In this document: positions 9,027 to 18,081 of the stretch, piece by piece | Numbering within the stretch: the first letter of the stretch is position 1 | Layout: every line of letters starts with the position of its first letter | Assembly (NCBI GenBank): GCA_040879805.1 | Contig: JBBDJP010000006.1 | Span: 3,699 to 67,698, forward strand | Origin: Candidatus Pacearchaeota archaeon | Lineage (GTDB): Archaea; Nanobdellota; Nanobdellia; Pacearchaeales; GW2011-AR1 | Reading direction: 5' to 3' | Length of the DNA: 64,000 nucleotides | Made by a program: the position numbers and the translations under genes | Notes under the pieces: model-generated | What the model saw: only the letters and a program-made list of their open reading frames with translations | Told to the model about the DNA's origin: nothing | The model's database searches: none

Positions 9027-12000
9027 ATGGAAGATAAACATATTATTGTAAAAAAATATCTTGAAGGACATTCTTTAGTAGAATCTAACATAACTTCTTT
9101 CAACAATTTTATAGAAAAAAGAGTTCAAGAAATTGTTGACGAAGTTTCAGAAACCATAAATAATGATGATTTTGAAATTACTTTAGGAAAAATAAAAGTT
9201 GGAAAACCTATAGTAATAGAGGCTGATGGCAGTTCTTCATTAATAACTCCTGCCGAGGCTAAAATGAGAAATTTAACATATTCTGCCCCTCTTACTATGG
9301 AGATTACTGTAAAGAAAGATGATCAAATTGATTCCGAGGTTGTAGAAATAGGAAAGATTCCAGTAATGGTAAAAAGCAAAGCATGTAATACTTATGGAAT
9401 GTCTGAAAAAGAATTGATAGAAAGTTATCATGATCCTTTAGATCCTGGAGGATATTTCATAATTAAAGGAAATGAAAGAGTTATGGTTATGGTGGAAGAC
9501 CTTGCAGAGAATCAACCCTTTATAGAAACTGATAGAAAAGGAAATCTAAACCTCAAAATATTCTCACTAAGGGGAACTTACAGAATTCCTATTGCAATAA
9601 CAGAAAGTAAAGAAGGCATTCTTAAAATTTCATTTAGTAAATTTAGAGAAATCCCTGTACAAGTTGTATTAAAGGCGCTTGGAATGACAAAAGAATCAGA
9701 AATTCAAAAATATATTGGAAAAGAAACAGATTCTGTGATTGTAAATCTTTACGAATTCGTTAATCTTGCAACAAGAGAAGATGCCATGATTTATATTTCT
9801 GAAAAGGCCAATTTTCATGGAACAAAAAAAGAAATTCTTGATAGAGTTGAGCAAAGAATTGATTCTTATTTATTCCCCCATATTGGACAAAAGAAAGAAG
9901 ACCGAAAGAAAAAGGCCGTAACTCTCTGTAAACTTATAAAACAATATATAACTGCAAAGCAAAACCCTGATTTTCATACAGACAAAGACCACTATGCAAA
10001 TAAAAGAGTTAGGCTTTCAGGAGATCTTCTTTCAACATTATTCAGAGTAAACCTTGGTATTTTAATAAGAGATATTCAATATTCTCTTCAAAAATCAACA
10101 AAGAAAAGGAAATATTTTTCTATTAAAGTTATTGCAAAATCTACTTTATTTTCCCATAGAGTTGAATCAGCAATTGCAACAGGGAGCTGGACAGGAAAAA
10201 GAGCCGGAATAACTCAGAATATGGATAAGACTAATTATCTTGCAACAATTTCTCAACTTCAAAGAGTATCAAGCATGCTTCCAAGTGAAAGAGAAAACTT
10301 TCAGGCAAGAACTCTTCATCCGACCCATTATGGAAGATTCTGTCCTATAGAAACTCCTGAAGGTACTGAAATTGGATTGAGAAAAAATCTTGCATTGCTT
10401 TCCCAAGTTTCAACAAGAATTGATCTTAATGAAGAAAAATTCATGAAAAGTCTTGAAAAAGAAGATCTTGACATTGAAGGGATTGATGGAGCAGAAGTTT
10501 TCTTTAATGGTATGTTTATTGGAAATATAAAATCTCCAAAAAAATTCATAAAAGGAATGAAAGAAAAAAGAAGAAATGGGGAACTTCCACTTCAAATGAA
10601 TATGAGGTATAACACTCAGTTTAATGATGTCACAATTTCAACTGAACCTGGAAGAGTTCTAAGACCTTTAATAATAGTTGATGAAGGTACACCTAGATTA
10701 AAAAATGAGCATCTTTTAAAAATGGAGCAAGGCCAAATGAAATGGCAAGATCTTATAAAAGAAGGTGTTGTTGAATATTTGGATGCTTCCGAGGAAGAAG
10801 ATGCTCTTGTAGCTCTTTATGGTGAAGAAGTAACTCCTGAACACACTCATCTTGAAATTGATTCTATAGACTTGTTTGGAGCGATTACATCTCTTGTTCC
10901 TTATGGAAACCACGACCAAAGTTCTCGTCTTAATAGGGGATCTAAAACTCAAAAACAGGCTTTAGGATTATATGCTGGAAACTATCTTACAAGACTTGAC
11001 ACAGATGTTTCAATATTGCAGTACCCTCAAAAACCAATAGTAAGGAGTTTTGTTTATGATACTCTTGATATTTATCCTGCAGGACAGAATCTTGTTGTAG
11101 CCATAATGACTTATGAAGGATATAATATGGAAGACGCACTTGTTCTGAATAAAGGGAGTGTGGATCGAGGTGTGGGAAGAAGCTTTTATTTTAAACCACA
11201 TTCAACTATAGAAATGAATTATGCTGGAGAATTGAAAGACGAGATAGCAATTCCTGAAAAAGATTCATCAGGATATAGAACTGAAGAAAGTTATAAATTA
11301 CTTGAGGAAGATGGAATAGTTTATCCTGAAGCAGATATTGGTGAGGGAGATGTTTTGATAGGAAAAATGTCACCTCCTAAATTCTTGTCAGAAGCAAGGG
11401 AGATATCTATAAGAGAGAAAAAAGAATCAAGTGTTTTCTTAAAACAAGGTGAAGGGGGGACTGTTGAATCTGTATTTATCACAGAAGATAGTGATGGAAA
11501 TAAAATAGTTCAAGTTAAAACAAGAGATCTAAGAATTCCAGAATTGGGAGATAAATTTGCAACATCTCATGGACAGAAAGGTGTTGTTGGAATGGTTGCA
11601 AGTGAAGAAGATGTTCCATTTACCTCTAAAGGGATTAAGCCAGATGTAATGTTCAACCCTCATGGACTTCCTAGTCGAATGACTGTTGGATATTTACTTG
11701 AACTTCTTGCAGGAAAGGTTGGATGTGTCAAAGGAGAAATAGTTGATGGAACATCTTTCACAGGTGAAAGTAAGGAAAATCTAGAAAATCAATTGAAAGA
11801 CCTAGGATTTAGATTTGACGGAAAAGAAACAATGTATAATGGGATCACAGGTAAGAAAATGAAAGCTAAAATATTCATAGGAAATCTTTATTACCTTAAA
11901 CTTAAATATATGGTTGCAAACAAACTTCACGGAAGGGCTTCTGGAAAAGTGGCTTTATTGACTAGACAACCAATAGAAGGAAGATCAAGAGGTGGAGCAC

Positions 12001-12278
12001 TAAGACTTGGAGAAATGGAACAACAAGCTCTTGTTGCGCATGGAGCTTCATTACTATTAAAAGAAAGATACGATTCTGATAAAGTAACTCTTCCAATTTG
12101 TACTAAGTGTGGAGCAACTGCAATAAAAGATAATATTAAAAATAAAGAAATATGTAGCGTTTGTTCAAGTGAGGATGTTGAATCTGTTGAAGTTTCATAT
12201 GCCTTCAAACTTCTCGTCGAAGAACTTCAAGGGCTACATATACATACAACTTTTGGTCTAAAAAACAAATACGAATAA
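9027..12278 (+). CDS. rpoB: RNA polymerase subunit B (unsplit)
   Basis: A full-length Rpo2-like protein: GYFIIKGNERV, HYGRFCPIETPEG, SHGQKGV, GEMEQQALVAHGA, and the C-terminal Zn motif CTKCG...CSVC. The track ORF starts at a TTG at 9006. I prefer the ATG at 9027 (MEDKH...). Confidence 0.95.
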   Translation: MEDKHIIVKKYLEGHSLVESNITSFNNFIEKRVQEIVDEVSETINNDDFEITLGKIKVGKPIVIEADGSSSLITPAEAKMRNLTYSAPLTMEITVKKDDQIDSEVVEIGKIPVMVKSKACNTYGMSEKELIESYHDPLDPGGYFIIKGNERVMVMVEDLAENQPFIETDRKGNLNLKIFSLRGTYRIPIAITESKEGILKISFSKFREIPVQVVLKALGMTKESEIQKYIGKETDSVIVNLYEFVNLATREDAMIYISEKANFHGTKKEILDRVEQRIDSYLFPHIGQKKEDRKKKAVTLCKLIKQYITAKQNPDFHTDKDHYANKRVRLSGDLLSTLFRVNLGILIRDIQYSLQKSTKKRKYFSIKVIAKSTLFSHRVESAIATGSWTGKRAGITQNMDKTNYLATISQLQRVSSMLPSERENFQARTLHPTHYGRFCPIETPEGTEIGLRKNLALLSQVSTRIDLNEEKFMKSLEKEDLDIEGIDGAEVFFNGMFIGNIKSPKKFIKGMKEKRRNGELPLQMNMRYNTQFNDVTISTEPGRVLRPLIIVDEGTPRLKNEHLLKMEQGQMKWQDLIKEGVVEYLDASEEEDALVALYGEEVTPEHTHLEIDSIDLFGAITSLVPYGNHDQSSRLNRGSKTQKQALGLYAGNYLTRLDTDVSILQYPQKPIVRSFVYDTLDIYPAGQNLVVAIMTYEGYNMEDALVLNKGSVDRGVGRSFYFKPHSTIEMNYAGELKDEIAIPEKDSSGYRTEESYKLLEEDGIVYPEADIGEGDVLIGKMSPPKFLSEAREISIREKKESSVFLKQGEGGTVESVFITEDSDGNKIVQVKTRDLRIPELGDKFATSHGQKGVVGMVASEEDVPFTSKGIKPDVMFNPHGLPSRMTVGYLLELLAGKVGCVKGEIVDGTSFTGESKENLENQLKDLGFRFDGKETMYNGITGKKMKAKIFIGNLYYLKLKYMVANKLHGRASGKVALLTRQPIEGRSRGGALRLGEMEQQALVAHGASLLLKERYDSDKVTLPICTKCGATAIKDNIKNKEICSVCSSEDVESVEVSYAFKLLVEELQGLHIHTTFGLKNKYE

Positions 12279-12279
12279 A

Positions 12280-15200
12280 ATGCAACAAAGAGTAAGAAAA
12301 AAAATCGGGGAAATGGGATTCTCTCTACTTAGTCCTGAAAAAATAAAGAAGATGTCTGTTGCAAAAATTGTGACACCTGAACTTTATGATATTGACGGAT
12401 ACCCTGTTGATGGAGGATTAATGGATTTAAGGCTTGGAGCTGTTGATCCTGGAGTTAGATGTAGAACTTGTGGGGGAAGAATAAAAGAGTGTCTTGGTCA
12501 TCCTGGTAGCATAGACCTTGCAAGACCAGTAATCCATCTGAGATATGTTCCGGCAATAGAGATTTGCCTAAGATCTTTCTGTCACGATTGTGGAAAATTA
12601 AAGCTTGATGAAGAAAAAATTAAAAAATATTCTCCTGGAGAAAGAGCGAAAAGAGCCAGAGACATAAAAAGATGTCCTTATTGTAATGCAGAACAAGAAA
12701 AAGTTAAAGTTGAAAAACCTACAACCTTCTACAAAGAAAAGAAAAGATTATTTCCTATAGAGGTTAGAGAAATGGTTGCAAATATCCCTGATGAAGAATT
12801 GAAAAAAGTAGGAATGAATTCAAAAGTTTTCCGTCCTGAATGGGGAATTCTAACAATGCTTTTGGTTCCTCCAGTAACTGTTAGGCCAAGTATTATTCTT
12901 GAATCTGGAGAAAGAAGTGAAGATGACATAACTCATAAATTATCTGATATTATTCGGGCAAATCAAAGATTATGGGAAAACCTTAATGCAGGTGCTCCAG
13001 AAGTAATTATTGAAGATTTATGGGATCTTCTTCAATTCCACATAACAACTTTCTTTGATAATACTGTTTCAAAAATACCTCCTGCAAGACATCGTTCAGG
13101 ACAACCTCTTAAAACAATTACTGAAAGAATAAAAGGAAAAGAAGGAAGAATTAGGAAAAACCTTGCAGGTAAAAGAGTTAATTATTCTGGAAGAACTGTT
13201 ATTTCACCTGATCCTTCCATAGAAATAAATGAAGTAGGAATACCTCTTCAAATAGCAAAGATAGTTACTGTAGCAGAGACTGTCAATGATATAAATCTTG
13301 AAAAATTGAAAAAGCTTGTATTGTCAGGTTCAGAATATCCTGGTGCAAGTTATGTGATAAGACCTGATGGGAAAAGGAAAAAAGTTAGTGAAGATCTTAA
13401 AGAAGAAATAATTGATGAATTAGCTCCAGGATATAGGGTCGAAAGACATCTTCAAAATGGAGACATATTATTATTTAACCGGCATCCAAGTCTTCACAGG
13501 GGAAGCTTGATGGCACACTATGTAAAGGTTCTTCCTGGAAAAACTTTCAGATTACATCCTGCTGTTGCAGCACCTTATAATGCTGACTTTGACGGGGACG
13601 AAATGAACATTCATAGCCCTCAAACAGAGGAAGCAAGATCTGAAGCTAAAATACTTCTTGAAGTAAAGAAAAACCTTATATCTCCAAAAAACAACTCTAA
13701 TTGGATAGGATGTGTTAAGGATGCAATCACAGGAGGATATCTTCTTGGGCTAGATGAATTCACAAAACAAGAAGCAAATCAAATTTTATACAGGGCAGGA
13801 ATAAATAAAAAAGTTTCAAAGAAAAATGTAGGGGGTAATGAAATTTTTTCAGAAATACTTCCTGAAGTTGACTTTTCTAATTCTTCAATAAAAATCAAGA
13901 AAGGAAAAATTTCTGAAGGAGTAATCGATAAAAGTCTTTTTGGTGATGAAGATGGAGATCTTGTCAGAGAATTAGACAAAAAATTTGGAAGAACTACTGC
14001 ATTCAAAACAATAAGAAATGCATTTAACTTAGGTAAAAATTATCTTACTGAGAGAGGAATCACAATCTCCTTAGAAGATCTTAATGTAAGTAAGGACGTA
14101 GTTTACTCAAGTGAAAAAATCATTAAAAAAGCAGAGGAAAAAACCAAAGATATTATTGAAGCTTACAATAAAGGAACTTTAGAAATTATTCAAGGTAAAA
14201 CCAAAGATGAATCAAGAGAAATAAAGATACTTAGAGTTTTGAACGAAGTAAGAACTAAGATTGGAGAGATTGTTAAGGATGATTTTCCTGAAGATAATCC
14301 TGTTACATATATGATGAGGTCTGGAGGTGGAGGAAGCATTCTAAATATAACTCAAATGGCATGTTCTGTAGGACAGCAAGATCTCGAAGGGAGAAGAATA
14401 GATTTTGGATTTTCAGGTAGAACACTTTCATTTTTCAAAAAGGGAGATTTATCTCCAGAAGCAAGAGGATTTATACAAAGCCCATTCATAAAAGGATTAA
14501 GGCCTGATGAATTTTTCTTCCAATCAATGACCGGAAGAGCTTCTCTTATGGACACTGGACTAAGAACTCCTAAATCAGGATACCTATATCGAAGACTTGC
14601 AAATGCTCTTCAAGATTTAAGGAAAGAATATGATGGGACAATAAGAGATAGTAATAACAATATTGTTCAATTTGTGTATGGGGATGATGGTATAGATGTT
14701 TCTAAAAAACACACTGGAGGTCAGCTTGATCCTGGTGAGGCAATTGGAGTGGTAACTTCACAATCTTTTGGAGAACCTTCCACACAGATGGTCTTAAGAA
14801 CTTTCCACTTCGCAGGTGTTTCAGAAATGCAAGTTACTCAAGGACTTCCAAGACTTATAGAAATATTTGATGCAAGAAAAAAACCATCCTCTCCAAAGAT
14901 GGAAATTTATCTAAAGAGTAAATACAATAATGAAAAATCTGCAATTTCATTTGCAGAAAAAATAAAAGAAGTGACTATAAAAGATTTGGCTTCAGAAATT
15001 GATCTCGACTTTAGTAATAAAAAAATAAAAATAGGAATTGATAAAGAAGTTATAAAACAAGGTCACATAAAAACTAAGGACATTCTTTCAAAACTTAAAG
15101 ATCTTGGATATGATACAAGAAAAGGCAAAGATTCTATATTCATAAATGCAGATAAAATGAACTTTAAAGAGATTTACTTGATGAAAGAAAAATTGAAAAA

Positions 15201-15768
15201 AACTATTGTTCATGGAATAAAGGGAATAAAACAAATTTTGGTTGTTAAAAAAGATAGAGATTATGTCGTAATGACTTTGGGAACAGGTCTTAAAAAATTG
15301 TTGAAAATGGATGAAGTTGATCCTGTCAAACTCCACTCAAATGATCTTCATGAGGTTGCAAAAGTTTTTGGAATTGAAGCTTCAAGACAATTGATAATTG
15401 ATGAGATTGATGAGGTTCTAAATGCCCAAGGATTAAATATTGATGAGAGGCACTCTAAACTTATTGCGGATGCAATGACTCACACTGGAGAGGTTAAAGG
15501 TGTTACCAGGATGGGAATTATTGCTCAAAAATCTTCAATTCTTGCACGTGCAACTTTCGAAACTCCTATCAAACAATTCATAAACTCTACGATAAAAGGA
15601 AATAAAGATAGGTTGACAAGTGTTGTAGAAAATATAATACTTAACCAACCTGTGCCAATTGGAACAGGACTTCCTGGACTTCTTGTAAAAGTTGTTGGCC
15701 CTCTTACAAATAAAGAAGAAGAAAGGAAAACTGCCGACGAGAAAGTTGTCAAGAGTGTTAATGAGTAA
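12280..15768 (+). CDS. rpoA: RNA polymerase largest subunit with A' and A'' parts in one ORF
   Basis: One uninterrupted 1162-aa ORF. It contains A' features (Zn sites CRTCGG / CPYCN, RHPSLHRGS, catalytic NADFDGDEMN) and A'' features (trigger-loop region SFGEPSTQMVLRTFHFAGV from about aa 831, and the C-terminal GxxRxGI... region). Confidence 0.9.
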   Translation: MQQRVRKKIGEMGFSLLSPEKIKKMSVAKIVTPELYDIDGYPVDGGLMDLRLGAVDPGVRCRTCGGRIKECLGHPGSIDLARPVIHLRYVPAIEICLRSFCHDCGKLKLDEEKIKKYSPGERAKRARDIKRCPYCNAEQEKVKVEKPTTFYKEKKRLFPIEVREMVANIPDEELKKVGMNSKVFRPEWGILTMLLVPPVTVRPSIILESGERSEDDITHKLSDIIRANQRLWENLNAGAPEVIIEDLWDLLQFHITTFFDNTVSKIPPARHRSGQPLKTITERIKGKEGRIRKNLAGKRVNYSGRTVISPDPSIEINEVGIPLQIAKIVTVAETVNDINLEKLKKLVLSGSEYPGASYVIRPDGKRKKVSEDLKEEIIDELAPGYRVERHLQNGDILLFNRHPSLHRGSLMAHYVKVLPGKTFRLHPAVAAPYNADFDGDEMNIHSPQTEEARSEAKILLEVKKNLISPKNNSNWIGCVKDAITGGYLLGLDEFTKQEANQILYRAGINKKVSKKNVGGNEIFSEILPEVDFSNSSIKIKKGKISEGVIDKSLFGDEDGDLVRELDKKFGRTTAFKTIRNAFNLGKNYLTERGITISLEDLNVSKDVVYSSEKIIKKAEEKTKDIIEAYNKGTLEIIQGKTKDESREIKILRVLNEVRTKIGEIVKDDFPEDNPVTYMMRSGGGGSILNITQMACSVGQQDLEGRRIDFGFSGRTLSFFKKGDLSPEARGFIQSPFIKGLRPDEFFFQSMTGRASLMDTGLRTPKSGYLYRRLANALQDLRKEYDGTIRDSNNNIVQFVYGDDGIDVSKKHTGGQLDPGEAIGVVTSQSFGEPSTQMVLRTFHFAGVSEMQVTQGLPRLIEIFDARKKPSSPKMEIYLKSKYNNEKSAISFAEKIKEVTIKDLASEIDLDFSNKKIKIGIDKEVIKQGHIKTKDILSKLKDLGYDTRKGKDSIFINADKMNFKEIYLMKEKLKKTIVHGIKGIKQILVVKKDRDYVVMTLGTGLKKLLKMDEVDPVKLHSNDLHEVAKVFGIEASRQLIIDEIDEVLNAQGLNIDERHSKLIADAMTHTGEVKGVTRMGIIAQKSSILARATFETPIKQFINSTIKGNKDRLTSVVENIILNQPVPIGTGLPGLLVKVVGPLTNKEEERKTADEKVVKSVNE

Positions 15769-15806
15769 TCCATAAGTTTATAAAATAATTGCTTCTACAA
15801 ATTTAT

Positions 15807-16220
15807 ATGGCAAGTACAATAAGTATGCAAGATATGAGGTATCTCAATCTTTTTGAAAAAATAATGAGGGTGAGAACCCGTTTTTGCTTTAAATATAATG
15901 ATGCTATATTTTTCTGTGTTCCAAGTCATTTAGTTTCAAAAGCAATTGGAGAAAATGGACGTAATATTAGAAAGATGAGTGAAATTCTTGGAAAAAGAAT
16001 TAGAATAATTACTGCCCCTTCGGGTTCTGAAGATATTGAAAAATTTGTGAAATCAATTGTAAGTCCCGTGACAATAAAAAAATTTGAAATAAAAGAAGGA
16101 GAGGTCATAGTTTCTGGAGGGAGTAATAAGGCTGCATTAATTGGAAGAAATAAAAGGCGACTTAACGAAATGCAAAAAATTGTTAAAGAATTCTTTGGAA
16201 AAGAGTTTAGGATTGTTTAA
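15807..16220 (+). CDS. nusA: archaeal NusA-like KH-domain protein
   Basis: RYLNLFEKI...AIGENGRNIRKMSEILGKRIRII...LIGRNKRRLNEMQKIV gives two KH-like GxxG segments. The position after rpoA fits. The start is moved to the ATG at 15807. Confidence 0.75.
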   Translation: MASTISMQDMRYLNLFEKIMRVRTRFCFKYNDAIFFCVPSHLVSKAIGENGRNIRKMSEILGKRIRIITAPSGSEDIEKFVKSIVSPVTIKKFEIKEGEVIVSGGSNKAALIGRNKRRLNEMQKIVKEFFGKEFRIV

Positions 16221-16266
16221 GCTTGTTTTGGAGTGTCATAATTCTTTTAAATTAATATGTTATTTT

Positions 16267-16707
16267 ATGGTCATTGTTGGGATTGAAAAAATAGTTGATA
16301 AGGTAATTTTAGAATATATTAATGCACCTGCCGCAGATTATGAAATTAGAATAAATAGAGAACACGGAGATGATACTATTGATGTAATGTCATACCTGGT
16401 AGATAATCCAAAAGAGGCTGCATTAAAATTATTGGAATATAATTCTGAATGCATAATTGCAATGAATACCTCAAACAACGGATTTAATAAAGACGAAAAT
16501 AAGTTGAGGCATTCTACTTATTTTGGTGCTGGATCTGAAAAAGGAAGATGGAAGGACCACTGGATGACAGAGTGGGAATTTTATTCTCAAGCTGAGTTGA
16601 CAAAAAGTGATCGAAAAATTCTTGAAGGAATAGTAGATATGAGAAATTGTCATGTTCTTTCATTGTATGAAATTGAAAAATTGAGAACTCATTTAGAAAC
16701 AAACTAA
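16267..16707 (+). CDS. hypothetical protein inserted between nusA and S12
   Basis: Track ORF 16141-16707 overlaps nusA, so I trimmed it to the in-frame ATG at 16267 (MVIVGIEKIVDK...). No recognisable motifs. Confidence 0.4.
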   Translation: MVIVGIEKIVDKVILEYINAPAADYEIRINREHGDDTIDVMSYLVDNPKEAALKLLEYNSECIIAMNTSNNGFNKDENKLRHSTYFGAGSEKGRWKDHWMTEWEFYSQAELTKSDRKILEGIVDMRNCHVLSLYEIEKLRTHLETN

Positions 16708-16727
16708 TTAATTTTTCTCTCGCAACA

Positions 16728-16735
16728 TTTAAAAA
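16728..16735 (+). promoter_or_regulatory. TATA-like box (TTTAAAAA) for the S12 operon
   Basis: ATTTAAAAACC lies 29 nt upstream of the ATG at 16757. This is the same motif as at other strongly expressed genes in the window. Confidence 0.45.
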
Positions 16736-16756
16736 CCAATTCTTCAATTTACTAAT

Positions 16757-17179
16757 ATGGGATTGAAAAACGCACGCAAACTTAAAAAAGTAAGAAGAAA
16801 ATTTAGGTGGAAGGATAGAAAGTATAAGGAAAAAGTATTAGATCTTTATGCTAAGTCTGATGCACTGGAAGGTGCAAACCAGGCTAAAGGAATTGTCCTT
16901 CAAAAAATGCAAAGAGAAGCTAAACAGCCTAATTCAGCTATGAGAAAATGTTGTAGAGTTCAGTTAACAAAAAACGGTAAAACAGTTACAGCATTTATCC
17001 CTGGAAATCTCGCTCAAAAATATATTGATGAACACGATGAGGTTATGATTGAAAGAATCGGAGGAAGCAAAGGACGAGCAAAAGGAGATATTCCTGGAAT
17101 TAGATTCAAAGTTCTAAAAGTAAATGACCAACCCTTACATCTTCTTGTAAGTGGGAAAATAGAGAAAGGAAGGAGGTAA
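16757..17179 (+). CDS. rps12: ribosomal protein uS12
   Basis: [40 protein letters not shown] is the canonical S12 core. Confidence 0.95.
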   Translation: MGLKNARKLKKVRRKFRWKDRKYKEKVLDLYAKSDALEGANQAKGIVLQKMQREAKQPNSAMRKCCRVQLTKNGKTVTAFIPGNLAQKYIDEHDEVMIERIGGSKGRAKGDIPGIRFKVLKVNDQPLHLLVSGKIEKGRR

Positions 17180-17184
17180 CTAAA

Positions 17185-17403
17185 ATGAAAAATAAAAGAT
17201 CTTTAGATTCTGGTATGAATGAAGTTTTTGATATGAATTCTTTGGGCTCTCCAATCCATACAATTGTTTCTGATGAAATATGTAAAAATTATAGGATACA
17301 AAAAGAATTTTATTCAGATGGAAGAGAAATAAGAAAATCCATTAATATTAACACAAATGAAATCATAGGAGAACATAAATTTCCCCCATATTCAGTAAAA
17401 TGA
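17185..17403 (+). CDS. hypothetical small protein between S12 and S7
   Basis: A 72-aa ORF whose stop overlaps the S7 start (ATGA). No family recognised. Coding status is uncertain. Confidence 0.3.
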   Translation: MKNKRSLDSGMNEVFDMNSLGSPIHTIVSDEICKNYRIQKEFYSDGREIRKSININTNEIIGEHKFPPYSVK

Positions 17404-18002
17404 CAGAAATAAAATTCAAAATTTTTGATTTGTATGAAACTGAAGAAATCTCTGTAGAGGATCAGGGGTTAAAGTCTGCAATAAATCTTGATTCTAAACT
17501 ATTATTAAAAAGTCATGGGAGAAATTTTCAAAAATATGGTCAGGCTAAAGTCAATATTATTGAGAGGTTAATAAACAAAATGGCAGTCGGAGGTCATAGA
17601 GGAAAGAAGCACAAGATCATGAAAGGGACTGCTACAGGAAAATACTCCAGAAATGCAAGAATACTCTTAGAAGCTTTTGAAATAATAAAAAATAAAACTG
17701 GAAAGAATCCTATTGAAGTTTTGATAAGAGCTGTTGAAAATTCTGCACCAAGAGATGAGGTAACAATGATTGAATATGGAGGTGCAAGATATCCTCAGGC
17801 CGTGGATGTTTCTCCTCTTAGAAGAGTTAATCTAGCATTAAAACATATTGTCCATGGTTCTTCAGATAAGGCTTTTGATAAAAAAAAGAAATTTTCTCAA
17901 GCAATCGCGGAAGAAATTATGCTCGCTGCAGAAGAAAATCAGGACAGTTTTGCCGTAAGAAAAAAGGTTGAAGCTGAAAAGCAAGCCGATAGCGCACGTT
18001 AA
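17400..18002 (+). CDS. rps7: ribosomal protein uS7
   Basis: The position after S12, and MIEYGGARYPQAVDVSPLRRVNLALKHI, which is S7-like. Confidence 0.9.
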   Translation: MTEIKFKIFDLYETEEISVEDQGLKSAINLDSKLLLKSHGRNFQKYGQAKVNIIERLINKMAVGGHRGKKHKIMKGTATGKYSRNARILLEAFEIIKNKTGKNPIEVLIRAVENSAPRDEVTMIEYGGARYPQAVDVSPLRRVNLALKHIVHGSSDKAFDKKKKFSQAIAEEIMLAAEENQDSFAVRKKVEAEKQADSAR

Positions 18003-18081
18003 GTTCAATATTCTTCTTCTTAACTATTCTCTCCACCAAAACTTTAAAAACTATTTTCTCGACAAATAATTATTCTAAAAC

